The notes under the pieces were generated by a model that saw only the letters and a program-made list of their open reading frames with translations, ran no database searches and was not told the DNA's origin. Both the position numbers and the translations under genes were made by a program. 64,000 bases of DNA from a virus, in the IMG/VR virus record IMGVR_UViG_3300035698_007246, positions 1 to 64,000 of that record, one strand, 5' to 3'. Numbering within the stretch: the stretch's first letter is position 1; the number at the start of each line of letters is the position of its first letter. Below, one piece after another: positions 47,241 through 56,455 of the stretch.

Positions 47241-48230
47241 ATGGATAAATCAATTTTAATTACAGGTGGATGTGGATTCATTGGAAGTAATCTCGTAAGG
47301 ATGGTTGCTAACCGATTTCCTACATCAAGTTTAATTGTTGTAGATAGTTTGACATATGCCGGAGATAGAAAAAATATTGAAGGTGTTGATGTTATATTTC
47401 ATCAGTTTGATATTACAAATTCTGTTGAAATGGAATTCTTGTTTGCTAATTATGACATTAGGATGGTGTTTCATTTGGCAGCGGAAAGTTTTGTAGATAA
47501 TTCAATTGATTCATCTAATGTGTTTGCGAAAACAAATGTTCTTGGTACTCATACATTGATTGATGTTTCTAATAGATATTGGAAAAAGATTGATTATGGT
47601 GAATGTAAATTTATTCATGTGTCTACAGATGAAGTATATGGTGCATTAGGTAAATATGATGAGTCATGGACGGAAGAGTCTCCATATTTACCAAACAATC
47701 CATATTCAGCGTCAAAAGCTGCGTCTGATATGTTTGTTAGAGCATATGTTAATACATATGGGTTTCCAGCTATCATTACACATTGTAGTAATAATTATGG
47801 CATTTATCAACATACCGAAAAATTAATACCAACAGTTATTGAACGTATATATAATGATGAACCTATTCCAGTGTATGGACAAGGATTACAAATACGAGAT
47901 TGGATTCCGGTTGATAAACACTGTGATGCATTAATATTCATTGCTAATAAAGGACGTGATGGGGAAGTTTATAATATTGGTGCAGATAATGAAGTGACTA
48001 ATATTGATTTGGTTAAAAAGATATGTGAGATTATGGGAAGAGAACCTGAAACTCTAATATCATATGTCAAAGACCGCCTTGGGCATGATTTTAGATACTC
48101 TATAAATAGTTCGAAGTTACAGGGGCTTGGGTGGAAACCTTGTGTTGAATTTAAATTAGGATTGGAAGAAACTGTTAAATGGTATGTTGATAAATTAAAT
48201 AAGGAGTGTAGTGATGGGACCAACGTATAA
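47241..48230 (+). CDS. NAD-dependent sugar-nucleotide epimerase/dehydratase (RmlB-like dTDP-glucose 4,6-dehydratase family)
   Basis: ILITGGCGFIGSNL Rossmann motif and YSASKAASD (YxxxK) catalytic motif. Start at ATG after GGAGAAA. Confidence 0.6.
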   Translation: MDKSILITGGCGFIGSNLVRMVANRFPTSSLIVVDSLTYAGDRKNIEGVDVIFHQFDITNSVEMEFLFANYDIRMVFHLAAESFVDNSIDSSNVFAKTNVLGTHTLIDVSNRYWKKIDYGECKFIHVSTDEVYGALGKYDESWTEESPYLPNNPYSASKAASDMFVRAYVNTYGFPAIITHCSNNYGIYQHTEKLIPTVIERIYNDEPIPVYGQGLQIRDWIPVDKHCDALIFIANKGRDGEVYNIGADNEVTNIDLVKKICEIMGREPETLISYVKDRLGHDFRYSINSSKLQGLGWKPCVEFKLGLEETVKWYVDKLNKECSDGTNV

Positions 48231-48630
48231 AGAAGCTGATGTACAATGGAAGTTGCTAACTGATAGGATTGCAACTATTAAGAGAAGTGTGGGATATCTA
48301 ATTAAAGAACATATCTTGTATAGTGTGGTTCAAGAAAGTGTTGACCACATTGATGAGATATTAAATGATTTGATTACGTTCACTGAAAAACAAATCGGTG
48401 AAGATTTCAATGTTGTGTTGACTGATGTTGGTATTAAAACGATTCAAGTAATAAAATTAGTGAGAGAGCTTACTGGTAAAGGATTACGTGATTCTAAAGA
48501 GATTGTTGATAACGTTAATTTTGGTGATAGCCCAATGTGTATTGGTACTTTTAAATTGTGTGTGGCTTCTGATATTAGAGATAGATTTATCAAAGTTGGT
48601 GCAACTGTTTCAATTGAGGGGGTTAAGTGA
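48211..48630 (+). CDS. protein with ribosomal bL12 (L7/L12) C-terminal-domain-like fold
   Basis: VIKLVRELTGKGLRDSKEIVD closely parallels the bL12 CTD helix VIKAVRxxTGLGLKEAKDLVE. The C-terminal beta-alpha segment (KVGATVSIEG) also fits. Confidence 0.45.
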   Translation: MMGPTYKEADVQWKLLTDRIATIKRSVGYLIKEHILYSVVQESVDHIDEILNDLITFTEKQIGEDFNVVLTDVGIKTIQVIKLVRELTGKGLRDSKEIVDNVNFGDSPMCIGTFKLCVASDIRDRFIKVGATVSIEGVK

Positions 48631-48884
48631 TTATGAACATAATTGGAATTATATTAATAATAATGTTTTTGGTGACATGTATCACTATGTGGGTTTTCAT
48701 TGCAAAGATTTGTGCAGTACTAAGAACATTGAAAGCTATCCAGTCTGGTGTTGCAGTGTCAGTACGAGGTGTTGGAACAATAGTTGATGGTAAACTTAAG
48801 GACTATAAGTTATCAGGGTTTGATGTTGTAAAGGGTATTGTAAAAGGAAAAGATTTTTTGAAAGGGAAGATGAAAAATGATTGA
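48627..48884 (+). CDS. small membrane protein
   Basis: N-terminal TM helix. Confidence 0.4.
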   Translation: MIMNIIGIILIIMFLVTCITMWVFIAKICAVLRTLKAIQSGVAVSVRGVGTIVDGKLKDYKLSGFDVVKGIVKGKDFLKGKMKND

Positions 48885-49371
48885 AATATTAAAGAGTGAG
48901 ATTAAAGACGCAATGCGAAGCAGTCAATCTATCAGATTAAAATTGTTGAGAATGGTGATGTCCGAAATACAAAAGGTTGCCATCTCAGAGAAGCGTAAAG
49001 ACATCACTGAGGATGATTTAATCAAAGCGGTGACTTCTGGTATCTCTGAAAGAAAGAATGCTATTCTTAAATTCGATAAAGGTATTGCTGACATCATTAC
49101 AAAGAATGGTAGTATTGATAAAGAAACTGAAGATAAATCTAATCAAGGTATTGCAAAAATCAATGCTGAGATTGAGGTGTACAAAGAATTCCTTCCATTA
49201 CAATTGACTGATGATGAAGTTGAAGTATTGGTTGACAAGGCTATAGCTGGCACAGGTGCGACTTTAAGGAAAGAAATGGGACGTATAATATGTCGGGTTA
49301 AAACTGAAATACAATCTGGTGCTTATGAAATGAAGAGGTTATCGAAGATGGTGATGTCAAAACTTAATTAG
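48877..49371 (+). CDS. GatB/YqeY-domain protein
   Basis: LKSEIKDAMRSSQSIRLKLLRMVMSEIQK resembles the YqeY/GatB-C helical domain signature (LKxAMKAKDKxRLxVLRMLLSAIQ). Confidence 0.45.
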   Translation: MIEILKSEIKDAMRSSQSIRLKLLRMVMSEIQKVAISEKRKDITEDDLIKAVTSGISERKNAILKFDKGIADIITKNGSIDKETEDKSNQGIAKINAEIEVYKEFLPLQLTDDEVEVLVDKAIAGTGATLRKEMGRIICRVKTEIQSGAYEMKRLSKMVMSKLN

Positions 49372-49379
49372 GAGCAAGT

Positions 49380-49964
49380 ATGAAAGAAGAATTACGTTAT
49401 GATGAAAACACTAAGAAAGTGGTTACTCAAGATGAGTATGTCAAACAATATTTAAACAAGGAAGAAGACTCTGTTGAGAAGTTTAAAGGGTTGCCAATTG
49501 CAATTATTGGGTTTGATAGTGAAGCTGAAACCCTTAAGCATATCAAACGGGTTAATGATTTATTGTTAATGATGTCAAAGAAGTTAATTGACAGAGCAAG
49601 TGCTCATGATGCTTCAAAACTTAAGACTCAGGAGAAGGAACTCTTTGATATGTATACTCCTCGGTTAAAGGATGTGAAGTTTAATGATGATAATGAAGAG
49701 TATAATGAGCAGAAGAAAGATTTGGAACCTGCATTAAAACATCACTATCAAAATAATAGACATCACCCAGAGTATCATAAAGATGGTGTCAATGATATGA
49801 CATTGATTGATTTGGTTGAAATGCTTGTTGATTGGAAGGCAACAAATGAACGTCAACCCGATGGTAATGTGTTGAATTCAATTGATACATTAAAAGAGAC
49901 ATTTAAATTAACTAAACAGTTGGCTGACATTCTTAAGAATACAGTCAAGGATTATTTACAATAA
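49380..49964 (+). CDS. hypothetical protein
   Basis: 194 aa. His-rich patch HHYQNNRHHPEYH. Confidence 0.4.
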   Translation: MKEELRYDENTKKVVTQDEYVKQYLNKEEDSVEKFKGLPIAIIGFDSEAETLKHIKRVNDLLLMMSKKLIDRASAHDASKLKTQEKELFDMYTPRLKDVKFNDDNEEYNEQKKDLEPALKHHYQNNRHHPEYHKDGVNDMTLIDLVEMLVDWKATNERQPDGNVLNSIDTLKETFKLTKQLADILKNTVKDYLQ

Positions 49965-49974
49965 GGTTGAATAA

Positions 49975-50172
49975 ATGTTAGAAATTATTGGAGTAATTGC
50001 AATTATCATCTTGTTCTGTGTTATAGCTGTTGCTGCATGTGCGGTTTTAATGTTGGGTGGGTTTACAGATGACCGGGGGGTTATCTTGATTGGTCTTGGA
50101 TTAGCAGTGATTGATATATTAATGCTGTGGTTTGCAGTGGGTGATAGAATTGTTTTATTTTTTACAGGTTAA
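49975..50172 (+). CDS. small membrane protein
   Basis: Two TM helices. Confidence 0.4.
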   Translation: MLEIIGVIAIIILFCVIAVAACAVLMLGGFTDDRGVILIGLGLAVIDILMLWFAVGDRIVLFFTG

Positions 50173-50206
50173 GGGGAAAACGTTGAAAGAGTGAAAGAGG
50201 GATAAC

Positions 50207-50611
50207 ATGAAGAAGTCTACAGGACTTGAAGTAAGAAAGTTAGAGAATCAAATTGCCAGCATTGATTCAAAGATTGGTATTCTTCAAAACGATGTGGTAG
50301 TAAAAATAACTGAGCTTAAAATTCTACGGAGTAGACGACAGGCTTATCAAGATAGATTAAATCAAATCAACAATGTTGAGTTGACAGTATCAGACCATGC
50401 GTTGATTAGATATATGGAAAGGGTTCTGGGGTATGATGTTGAATCACTTCGACAGGAAATACAGAGAAGTGCCAATCCATTGTTTAGTCAGTTGAAGGTT
50501 GACTGTCAAATCCCAACAAGAAATGAGCATGGAAAATTCAAAGTTATAATAAAACATAATAATATAGTCTCGGTTATTCCGGGGATAGGAAGTAAACATG
50601 AAAAAAAGTAA
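50207..50611 (+). CDS. hypothetical coiled-coil protein
   Basis: GAGGGA RBS. Heptad-like N-terminus. Confidence 0.4.
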   Translation: MKKSTGLEVRKLENQIASIDSKIGILQNDVVVKITELKILRSRRQAYQDRLNQINNVELTVSDHALIRYMERVLGYDVESLRQEIQRSANPLFSQLKVDCQIPTRNEHGKFKVIIKHNNIVSVIPGIGSKHEKK

Positions 50612-50769
50612 GTTATATTTTTTAAGCGTAATGCCTTTTGGGTTGGTTATAATGCCATTTATGTTATTAATTGGTGGAACACTTGGGTGGATACTGTTAG
50701 GTATTCAGCTTACACTGTTGGCTGTGCAGTTATGTGCAGCAATTCTTTATGCGAAATCTTAAAAAATCC

Positions 50770-50798
50770 TTGACTTGGATTTAAGAAAATATTAAATT
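50770..50798 (+). promoter_or_regulatory. sigma70-like promoter (TTGACT, -10 TAAATT)
   Basis: TCCTTGACTTGGATTTAAGAAAATATTAAATT. Confidence 0.4.
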
Positions 50799-50813
50799 AT
50801 AATTATTTAAAAA

Positions 50814-52991
50814 ATGGAGATTGATGTGAAATATATCAAATTTGGTAATGGTTATCTTGTTCAGCAAGAAGTACAAAGCCAAGCAACAACAACTAAGAAG
50901 GTTAAAGAAAAAACGAACCATATTTGGATTTATGATAGAAGTTATTCAATGTCATATGAATTACCCAATATGATTAATCAGTTGGTTACATTGTCGGAGA
51001 ACCTTCCAAAAGGTGATACTATTACTCTTGGCTACTTTTCCAGTGAAGGTGAGTACAAGTTTATCATCAAGGGTTTTAAAATCACTAACAAGGCTGATTA
51101 TGCTTTTCTTGAAGCAACAATCAGAAAGAACTCTCGTCCTATTGGGTGCACATGTTTTAGTGAGATTATTAATGAAACTGATGAAGTCATCGAAGACTTG
51201 TCCTTGTTCTCAAAGACATTCAGTTTTGCTTTCTTTACAGATGGGTATCCTGTGGTTCACAATTACCAAAAAGAGATTGACAATATCAGAATTGGTATTG
51301 ACAAAATCAAAGGTAAGCTCACCACAGCAATGTTTATTGGGTGTGGTCATTTTTACAACAAACCGTTGATGACAAAGATGGCAGAACGTATTGGTGGAAT
51401 GCTCATCCATAATGATTCCATTAAAGAGTTCACTCCTACCATCACTCGTCTTGTTCAACTGTCTGAATCGTCAGAACCTAAGATTGAAGTGAAGTCACCG
51501 TTTGAAAAACCTGTTGCGGTTTACACAGTGACAGACCAAGGTGTCGTACTTAATGATATCGAAGATGGTAAGCTATCAGTTTCACCTGAAACTGGTAAGT
51601 CAGTGAAGTTATACTACATCGTTGATGATGTGAGTGGTCTCGCTGCAAAAAAGGTTACTCCAGTGGAACTTGGAGTTGAAGCTGTTTATGGTGGAACGTT
51701 GGTGTTATGTCAACAGATGAAGACTGATAAGGCAATGGAACTTGTTGGTATTGTTGGTGATAAGTATTTCATTGACAAACTTACAAATGCATTCGTGATT
51801 GACGAATACGGTAAAGTTGAAAATGAATTGAATGATGCTATTCATAACGAAGACGAACGTTTTAAGAATGGTGCTGATAAGAATTATCTCCCTAAGTCTG
51901 ATGCTTTTAATGTTTTTGAGTTACTTAATATATTAAAAGATGATGATAATTCAGTTTTTTATCCTTATGACAAGCGTTTTAAGTATGAAAAGATTTCTAA
52001 GGGAACTGTGCTTGAAGATGGCTATTCAAAATTTAAACCATCTTCTGATAACGAATGTTCTTTTAATGAATTGGTGTGGCATAAGTCAAGACTGAATTTA
52101 TCAGTCAGAATTACATCAAAGGGAACTATTGAGTTACAAGAACGTGATGGTAAGAATGCAGGGGATTATGGTTTTACCCAGATTTTTCCAACATGGGTAT
52201 ATCGAAATTATAGTTTTGTGAAAGATGGTAGACCTAATATTAAAAAGTTTTATGTTGGTACTTCTAAAGAAACGTATGAAACATTGAAGAGTCATGGTAT
52301 TGTAGTTGATGATACATTTAAAAAGAATGGTATTTATGGATTAGATATTTCAAACTTACCTTCTATGAATCGTGGTATGGCAAATGGTAATACAAATGGT
52401 ACTGAACTTTGTAGAAATGTTTATTCTGAATTAGATTTGATGGCTCAATTAAAAGTGTATAAATGGTTTCTTAAAGAAGAATTTCCAGATGATGATAAAG
52501 ACCCAACATCATTTTCAGAAGAGCAGAAAGGATTTCTTGAAGCTAATGGAATTTTGGTTGACAAAGGAGGAGTATATGCACCACCTGTGAAATCTGGAAT
52601 AGAAAGTTTTGATTATTATATGGTTAAGCGTTTCGAAATTAAAGTTAAAAGTTTAACCAGTTTACCATCTTTGAATGCAGTGTACAAGAAATTGAACTCT
52701 GGTAAGAAGTTGACATTATCTGAATCATTATTAAATGAGTCTATTGAAAAGTATGATTCATATAAAGATGACAATGATAGTTTACTTGAAAGGAAAAAGT
52801 ATCTTGAGGATACGATTACTCAATTGAAAATTAAATTGAAACCGATTAGGAATGATATTCAAAAATGTAAATTTGCTATCATACTTGGGAGACAGTGGTT
52901 TCAAGAATTTTCAAGTCGAGAACAAACTCAACTTGAAGTTGATGGTAATACATTTAATTTTCTTTTAAGTGACGAAAAGGTTAAGATATAG
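50814..52991 (+). CDS. large vWA-domain protein
   Basis: N-terminal IWIYDRSYSMS (MIDAS DxSxS) followed by about 500 aa without recognised motif. Confidence 0.4.
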   Translation: MEIDVKYIKFGNGYLVQQEVQSQATTTKKVKEKTNHIWIYDRSYSMSYELPNMINQLVTLSENLPKGDTITLGYFSSEGEYKFIIKGFKITNKADYAFLEATIRKNSRPIGCTCFSEIINETDEVIEDLSLFSKTFSFAFFTDGYPVVHNYQKEIDNIRIGIDKIKGKLTTAMFIGCGHFYNKPLMTKMAERIGGMLIHNDSIKEFTPTITRLVQLSESSEPKIEVKSPFEKPVAVYTVTDQGVVLNDIEDGKLSVSPETGKSVKLYYIVDDVSGLAAKKVTPVELGVEAVYGGTLVLCQQMKTDKAMELVGIVGDKYFIDKLTNAFVIDEYGKVENELNDAIHNEDERFKNGADKNYLPKSDAFNVFELLNILKDDDNSVFYPYDKRFKYEKISKGTVLEDGYSKFKPSSDNECSFNELVWHKSRLNLSVRITSKGTIELQERDGKNAGDYGFTQIFPTWVYRNYSFVKDGRPNIKKFYVGTSKETYETLKSHGIVVDDTFKKNGIYGLDISNLPSMNRGMANGNTNGTELCRNVYSELDLMAQLKVYKWFLKEEFPDDDKDPTSFSEEQKGFLEANGILVDKGGVYAPPVKSGIESFDYYMVKRFEIKVKSLTSLPSLNAVYKKLNSGKKLTLSESLLNESIEKYDSYKDDNDSLLERKKYLEDTITQLKIKLKPIRNDIQKCKFAIILGRQWFQEFSSREQTQLEVDGNTFNFLLSDEKVKI

Positions 52992-53235
52992 ATTCGTTTA
53001 AAATTGATTCAATGTTTTTGAATTTATGATATGGAATTCTGATAAGCTGGATATTGTTTTGTTTACAATATTCAGTTTTGATTTTATCATTATGTTGTGT
53101 TTCTCCACCAAATTGGATAATTGATTTATAATGTTGCACACCGTCATATTCAATGAGTGTACCGTGTTGTAGTAAATAGAAATCAAATGGGAGAGTGGAT
53201 TTATTTTTTACAACCTCTAAATTAACTATTGACAT
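52981..53235 (-). pseudogene. truncated PD-(D/E)xK (Vsr/DUF559-like) homing-endonuclease remnant
   Basis: LPFDFYL...LIEYDGVQH...LIRIPY is homologous to the C-terminal domain of the 11693-12613 product. Lone minus-strand ORF. Its 5' end runs into the + strand promoter. Confidence 0.4.
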
Positions 53236-53257
53236 CACCTATACCATTAATTATATT
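53229..53257 (+). promoter_or_regulatory. sigma70-like promoter (TTGACA-N17-TATATT)
   Basis: ACTATTGACATCACCTATACCATTAATTATATT. Confidence 0.55.
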
Positions 53258-53280
53258 CTTTTGGATAGGAGGAATATATT

Positions 53281-53793
53281 ATGAAATATTGTGACTGTGG
53301 TGCAGAGTTACCAACAAATAGACATCGTGTTTGTGATGATTGTAAGAAAAAAAAGAGACGAGAATATGTGGTTGATTATCGTAAAAAGAATATTGATAAA
53401 ATTCGAGAACGAACCAAAGAATATAGTGTTGTGTATTATAAGAAAAATAAAGATAAAATATCAGAATGTGCTAAAAAATATTATGAGAAAAATAAAGATA
53501 AATTTAAAGAATATAGTGATGATTATTATGAGAAAAATAAAGATAAAATATTAGAACGTGATAAAAAATATTATGAGAAAAATAAAGATAAAAAATTAGA
53601 ACGTGTTAAAAAATATTATAAAGACAATAAAGATAAAAAAATAGATTATGATAAAGAATATTATAATAACAATAAAGATAAAATAATAGAACATCATAAA
53701 GAATATCGTAGATTAAAATCAGTCCCATCAAAAGAATATTGGGATTTGAAGGATGAAATAGATTTAACAAAGGAGATGATTAAAAATGGCTAA
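53281..53793 (+). CDS. zinc-ribbon protein with tandem 15-aa KEYYxxNKDKIxERxK repeats (copy 1)
   Basis: N-terminal CDCG...CDDC ribbon, then about 8 tandem 45-nt repeats. C-terminal RRLKSVPSKEYWDL. Paralog of 54005-54595. Confidence 0.5.
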   Translation: MKYCDCGAELPTNRHRVCDDCKKKKRREYVVDYRKKNIDKIRERTKEYSVVYYKKNKDKISECAKKYYEKNKDKFKEYSDDYYEKNKDKILERDKKYYEKNKDKKLERVKKYYKDNKDKKIDYDKEYYNNNKDKIIEHHKEYRRLKSVPSKEYWDLKDEIDLTKEMIKNG

Positions 53794-53795
53794 GA

Positions 53796-53969
53796 AGTTT
53801 TCATTATATAATGAAGCTACAGAATCAATAGAAGCATTGTCCGAAGCAAGAGAATAATTTCGTAAATGTGATATTTCTGTTAACGAAATCAAACAGCATG
53901 TGAATGTTACTAATACTATGAGTAAAGCGATTAAAGCTAAAATTGATGTTGAAAAATTACAACAGGGAT
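53796..53969 (+). pseudogene. disrupted paralog of small gene 54588-54773
   Basis: MAKKFSLYNEATESIEALSEARE then a premature TAA. The downstream homolog segment (ISVNEIKQHVNVTNTMSKAIKAKIDVEKLQQG) is in another frame. Confidence 0.4.
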
Positions 53970-54004
53970 AATTTAAGATAGAGATTGATGTCGGGGAATA
54001 TATT

Positions 54005-54595
54005 ATGAAATATTGTGACTGTGGTGCAGAGTTACCATCAATAAGACATCACATTTGTAGTGATTGTAAGAAAAAAAAGAGGCAACAATATATAGTTGAT
54101 TATCGTAAAAAGAATATTGATAAAATATCAGAATGTGGTAAAGAATATTATAAAAACAATAAAGATAAAATAACAGAACGTCATAAAGGATATTGTGAAA
54201 ACAATAAAGATAAAATATCAAAATGTCATAAAGAATATCGTAATAACAATAAAGATAAAATATCAGAATGTGGTAAAGAATATTATAAAAACAATAAGGG
54301 CGAAATAGTAGAACGAAGTAAAGAATATTATAATAACAATAAAGATAAAATAACAGAACGTAATAAAGGATATCGTGAAAACAATAAAGATAAAATAGCA
54401 GAACGTAATAAAGGATATCGTGAAAACAATAAAGATAAAATAGCAGAACGTAGTAAAGAATATTATAATAACAATAAAGATAAAATAACAGAACGTCATA
54501 AAGGACGTCGTAGATTAAAATCAGTTCCAGTAAAAGAATATTGGGATTTAATAGATGAAATAAATTTAACAAAGGAGTTAATTAAAAATGGCTAA
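54005..54595 (+). CDS. zinc-ribbon protein with tandem 15-aa NKDKI repeats (copy 2)
   Basis: Same architecture as 53281-53793 with about 9 repeats. Confidence 0.5.
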   Translation: MKYCDCGAELPSIRHHICSDCKKKKRQQYIVDYRKKNIDKISECGKEYYKNNKDKITERHKGYCENNKDKISKCHKEYRNNNKDKISECGKEYYKNNKGEIVERSKEYYNNNKDKITERNKGYRENNKDKIAERNKGYRENNKDKIAERSKEYYNNNKDKITERHKGRRRLKSVPVKEYWDLIDEINLTKELIKNG

Positions 54596-54773
54596 GAAAT
54601 TTTCAATAAGTAAAGAATCTGAATTATCAATCCAAGCACTGTCTGAAGCAAGAGAAATGTTTCGTAATGATGAGCTTGATGTTAATCAAGTTAAGCAACA
54701 TATAAATCTTGCGAATGCTATGAGTAAAGCACTAAAGGCAAATGTTGAAATTGAAAAATTGAAACAAGTTTAA
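54588..54773 (+). CDS. small hypothetical protein (intact copy)
   Basis: MAKKFSISKESELSIQALSEAREMF... Overlaps previous stop (ATGGCTAAG within ...AATGGCTAAG). Confidence 0.4.
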   Translation: MAKKFSISKESELSIQALSEAREMFRNDELDVNQVKQHINLANAMSKALKANVEIEKLKQV

Positions 54774-54789
54774 ATTGTTGACTTGCTCG

Positions 54790-54816
54790 GTGACTTGCCC
54801 GGGCAAGTCAGTTTAA
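54790..54816 (+). terminator. rho-independent terminator
   Basis: GACTTGCCCGGGCAAGTC perfect palindrome then AGTTT. Confidence 0.55.
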
Positions 54817-54833
54817 AATAAAAAGGATTTAAT

Positions 54834-55079
54834 ATGGAAATTAGAGATACCGATGGACACCAACATACAGTACATGATTTGAAGTTAATGTATAACAGCA
54901 ATGAAATAGGTAGAAGAAATATGATATCATATTTAAATGATTATCATAATGGTATTAATGAAATACTTGACGATGTGTGCTCTTCTGATGAACAGTTATT
55001 GAAAATAAAGGTATTGAATGATACATTGCATGGCTTTTACAAACATAGATGTGAAGAGCAAACGGAGATGAAAGTATGA
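54834..55079 (+). CDS. hypothetical protein
   Basis: AAAGGA RBS. Confidence 0.4.
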   Translation: MEIRDTDGHQHTVHDLKLMYNSNEIGRRNMISYLNDYHNGINEILDDVCSSDEQLLKIKVLNDTLHGFYKHRCEEQTEMKV

Positions 55080-55242
55080 AAAAAGGCTTGATGCATGTAC
55101 ATGGAATTATTAGAAATATCCCTGTAACTATTGTTAATGAAACTGATGAGTACTGGGAATATACTTCAGACCATGATAAGAATACAAAAAGGGTTTATAA
55201 AAAAGATAACCCATATAGTTCTATTGATATACAGGAGTAATT

Positions 55243-55494
55243 ATGAACAAAGAACAAGAACATGTGTTTAATGATATTCTTCAGTTGGCACATACTGTTG
55301 TGAGATTAGGTTCATGGTTTCAAAATGATTTTCAAACCATGCTTAATAACGGAGATGCAAATATAAATGATTTGAAACTCACTAGAACTAAAATGGAACA
55401 TCACTTTGATAGTGTGGTTGGTGAGATAAACAAATTAAAAGAACGTGGTGTTGATGTAATGGATGGTATTATTGTGGTGGAGGAAAAAAGATGA
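55243..55494 (+). CDS. hypothetical protein
   Basis: CAGGAG RBS. Confidence 0.4.
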   Translation: MNKEQEHVFNDILQLAHTVVRLGSWFQNDFQTMLNNGDANINDLKLTRTKMEHHFDSVVGEINKLKERGVDVMDGIIVVEEKR

Positions 55495-56255
55495 GCTGGA
55501 TTTTAACAGATGGATATATCAGAGATACAATAGGACTTGGTGAGTCTGCTGTATGTCAATTTAGAAATACACCAGAACTTCATGGGGAAGACTTTGATAA
55601 AAAGGTTTACAAAATTGTAACTGATAATGACGAGGTGTTTAACTTCTTTAATTGTTTGTTTATGAAAAATAAAAAACATAGAATAGAAACATTAATCCTT
55701 GATAATAAAACATGGTTTAAAGAAAAAACATATATTAATGGACTTGCTAAAGAAAAAGTCACGAATATAAAAGGTCCTGATTTAGAATCAAAGTATCTAT
55801 ACATCTATAATTCTCAAACAAAATTGGCAACCATCATGCGGAATGGTCATCTTGATAAACATTATATGTATTATGATGATGGTAAACTGTTTAAATTGAT
55901 AGATTCGGATGTGGTTATTGGTTATGAGTATGATGACAAAGGGAATTTAATAATAAAGAGATTCGAATACAAACAGGGAAAAAATATATTATATTATCAT
56001 GTGTATGATGATGATAACAATTTAGTTGCAATGACAACCACCAATGGTGGGTGGGCACACTATACATATAATAATAAGGGGAGTGTGTTGACACATACTA
56101 ATTCTACACAACGTTTTGAATATACATATGCTGCTGATGGTGTGACAAAGATTGGAATGGTCAAAGGATATGATAGATGGGATTACATTAAAGGTACAAA
56201 GAATGGAAAGCTATTAAAATTTGATGTATCAAAGACAATAATACATAGGAGATAG
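55491..56255 (+). CDS. hypothetical protein
   Basis: ATGA coupling. Y/D-rich. Confidence 0.45.
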   Translation: MSWILTDGYIRDTIGLGESAVCQFRNTPELHGEDFDKKVYKIVTDNDEVFNFFNCLFMKNKKHRIETLILDNKTWFKEKTYINGLAKEKVTNIKGPDLESKYLYIYNSQTKLATIMRNGHLDKHYMYYDDGKLFKLIDSDVVIGYEYDDKGNLIIKRFEYKQGKNILYYHVYDDDNNLVAMTTTNGGWAHYTYNNKGSVLTHTNSTQRFEYTYAADGVTKIGMVKGYDRWDYIKGTKNGKLLKFDVSKTIIHRR

Positions 56256-56455
56256 TGGTGGAACATATACCAGACCCGTTAGAAATGATGGAAGAGTTAA
56301 TGGAAAGACACATGGCTATGGTTGATGAGAATAATACATATCCATGTTATCATTGTGGTAAACGTTTTGATATTGATGATATGCTTACGATTAATGAACG
56401 ACCGGATTCACCATTAACATGTGTAAACTGTTGTGAACACAAAAGAATTAAGTGA
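56255..56455 (+). CDS. small zinc-ribbon protein
   Basis: CYHCGKRF...CVNCCEH. GTG start. Confidence 0.35.
   Translation: MVEHIPDPLEMMEELMERHMAMVDENNTYPCYHCGKRFDIDDMLTINERPDSPLTCVNCCEHKRIK

Noticed and set aside
51013-51369. 118-aa + strand ORF inside the large vWA gene
   Set aside because: Nested alternative frame with no RBS. The enclosing 725-aa ORF is far longer and coherent.
53291-53554. 87-aa + strand ORF overlapping repeat protein copy 1
   Set aside because: Out-of-frame reading of the same tandem repeat. The frame chosen is the one with the zinc ribbon and an RBS.
54003-54572. 189-aa minus-strand ORF (LFYLYC repeats) opposite the NKDKI-repeat gene
   Set aside because: Reverse-complement reading of a tandem 45-nt repeat automatically stays open. 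No RBS, and it lies antisense to a better-supported gene.
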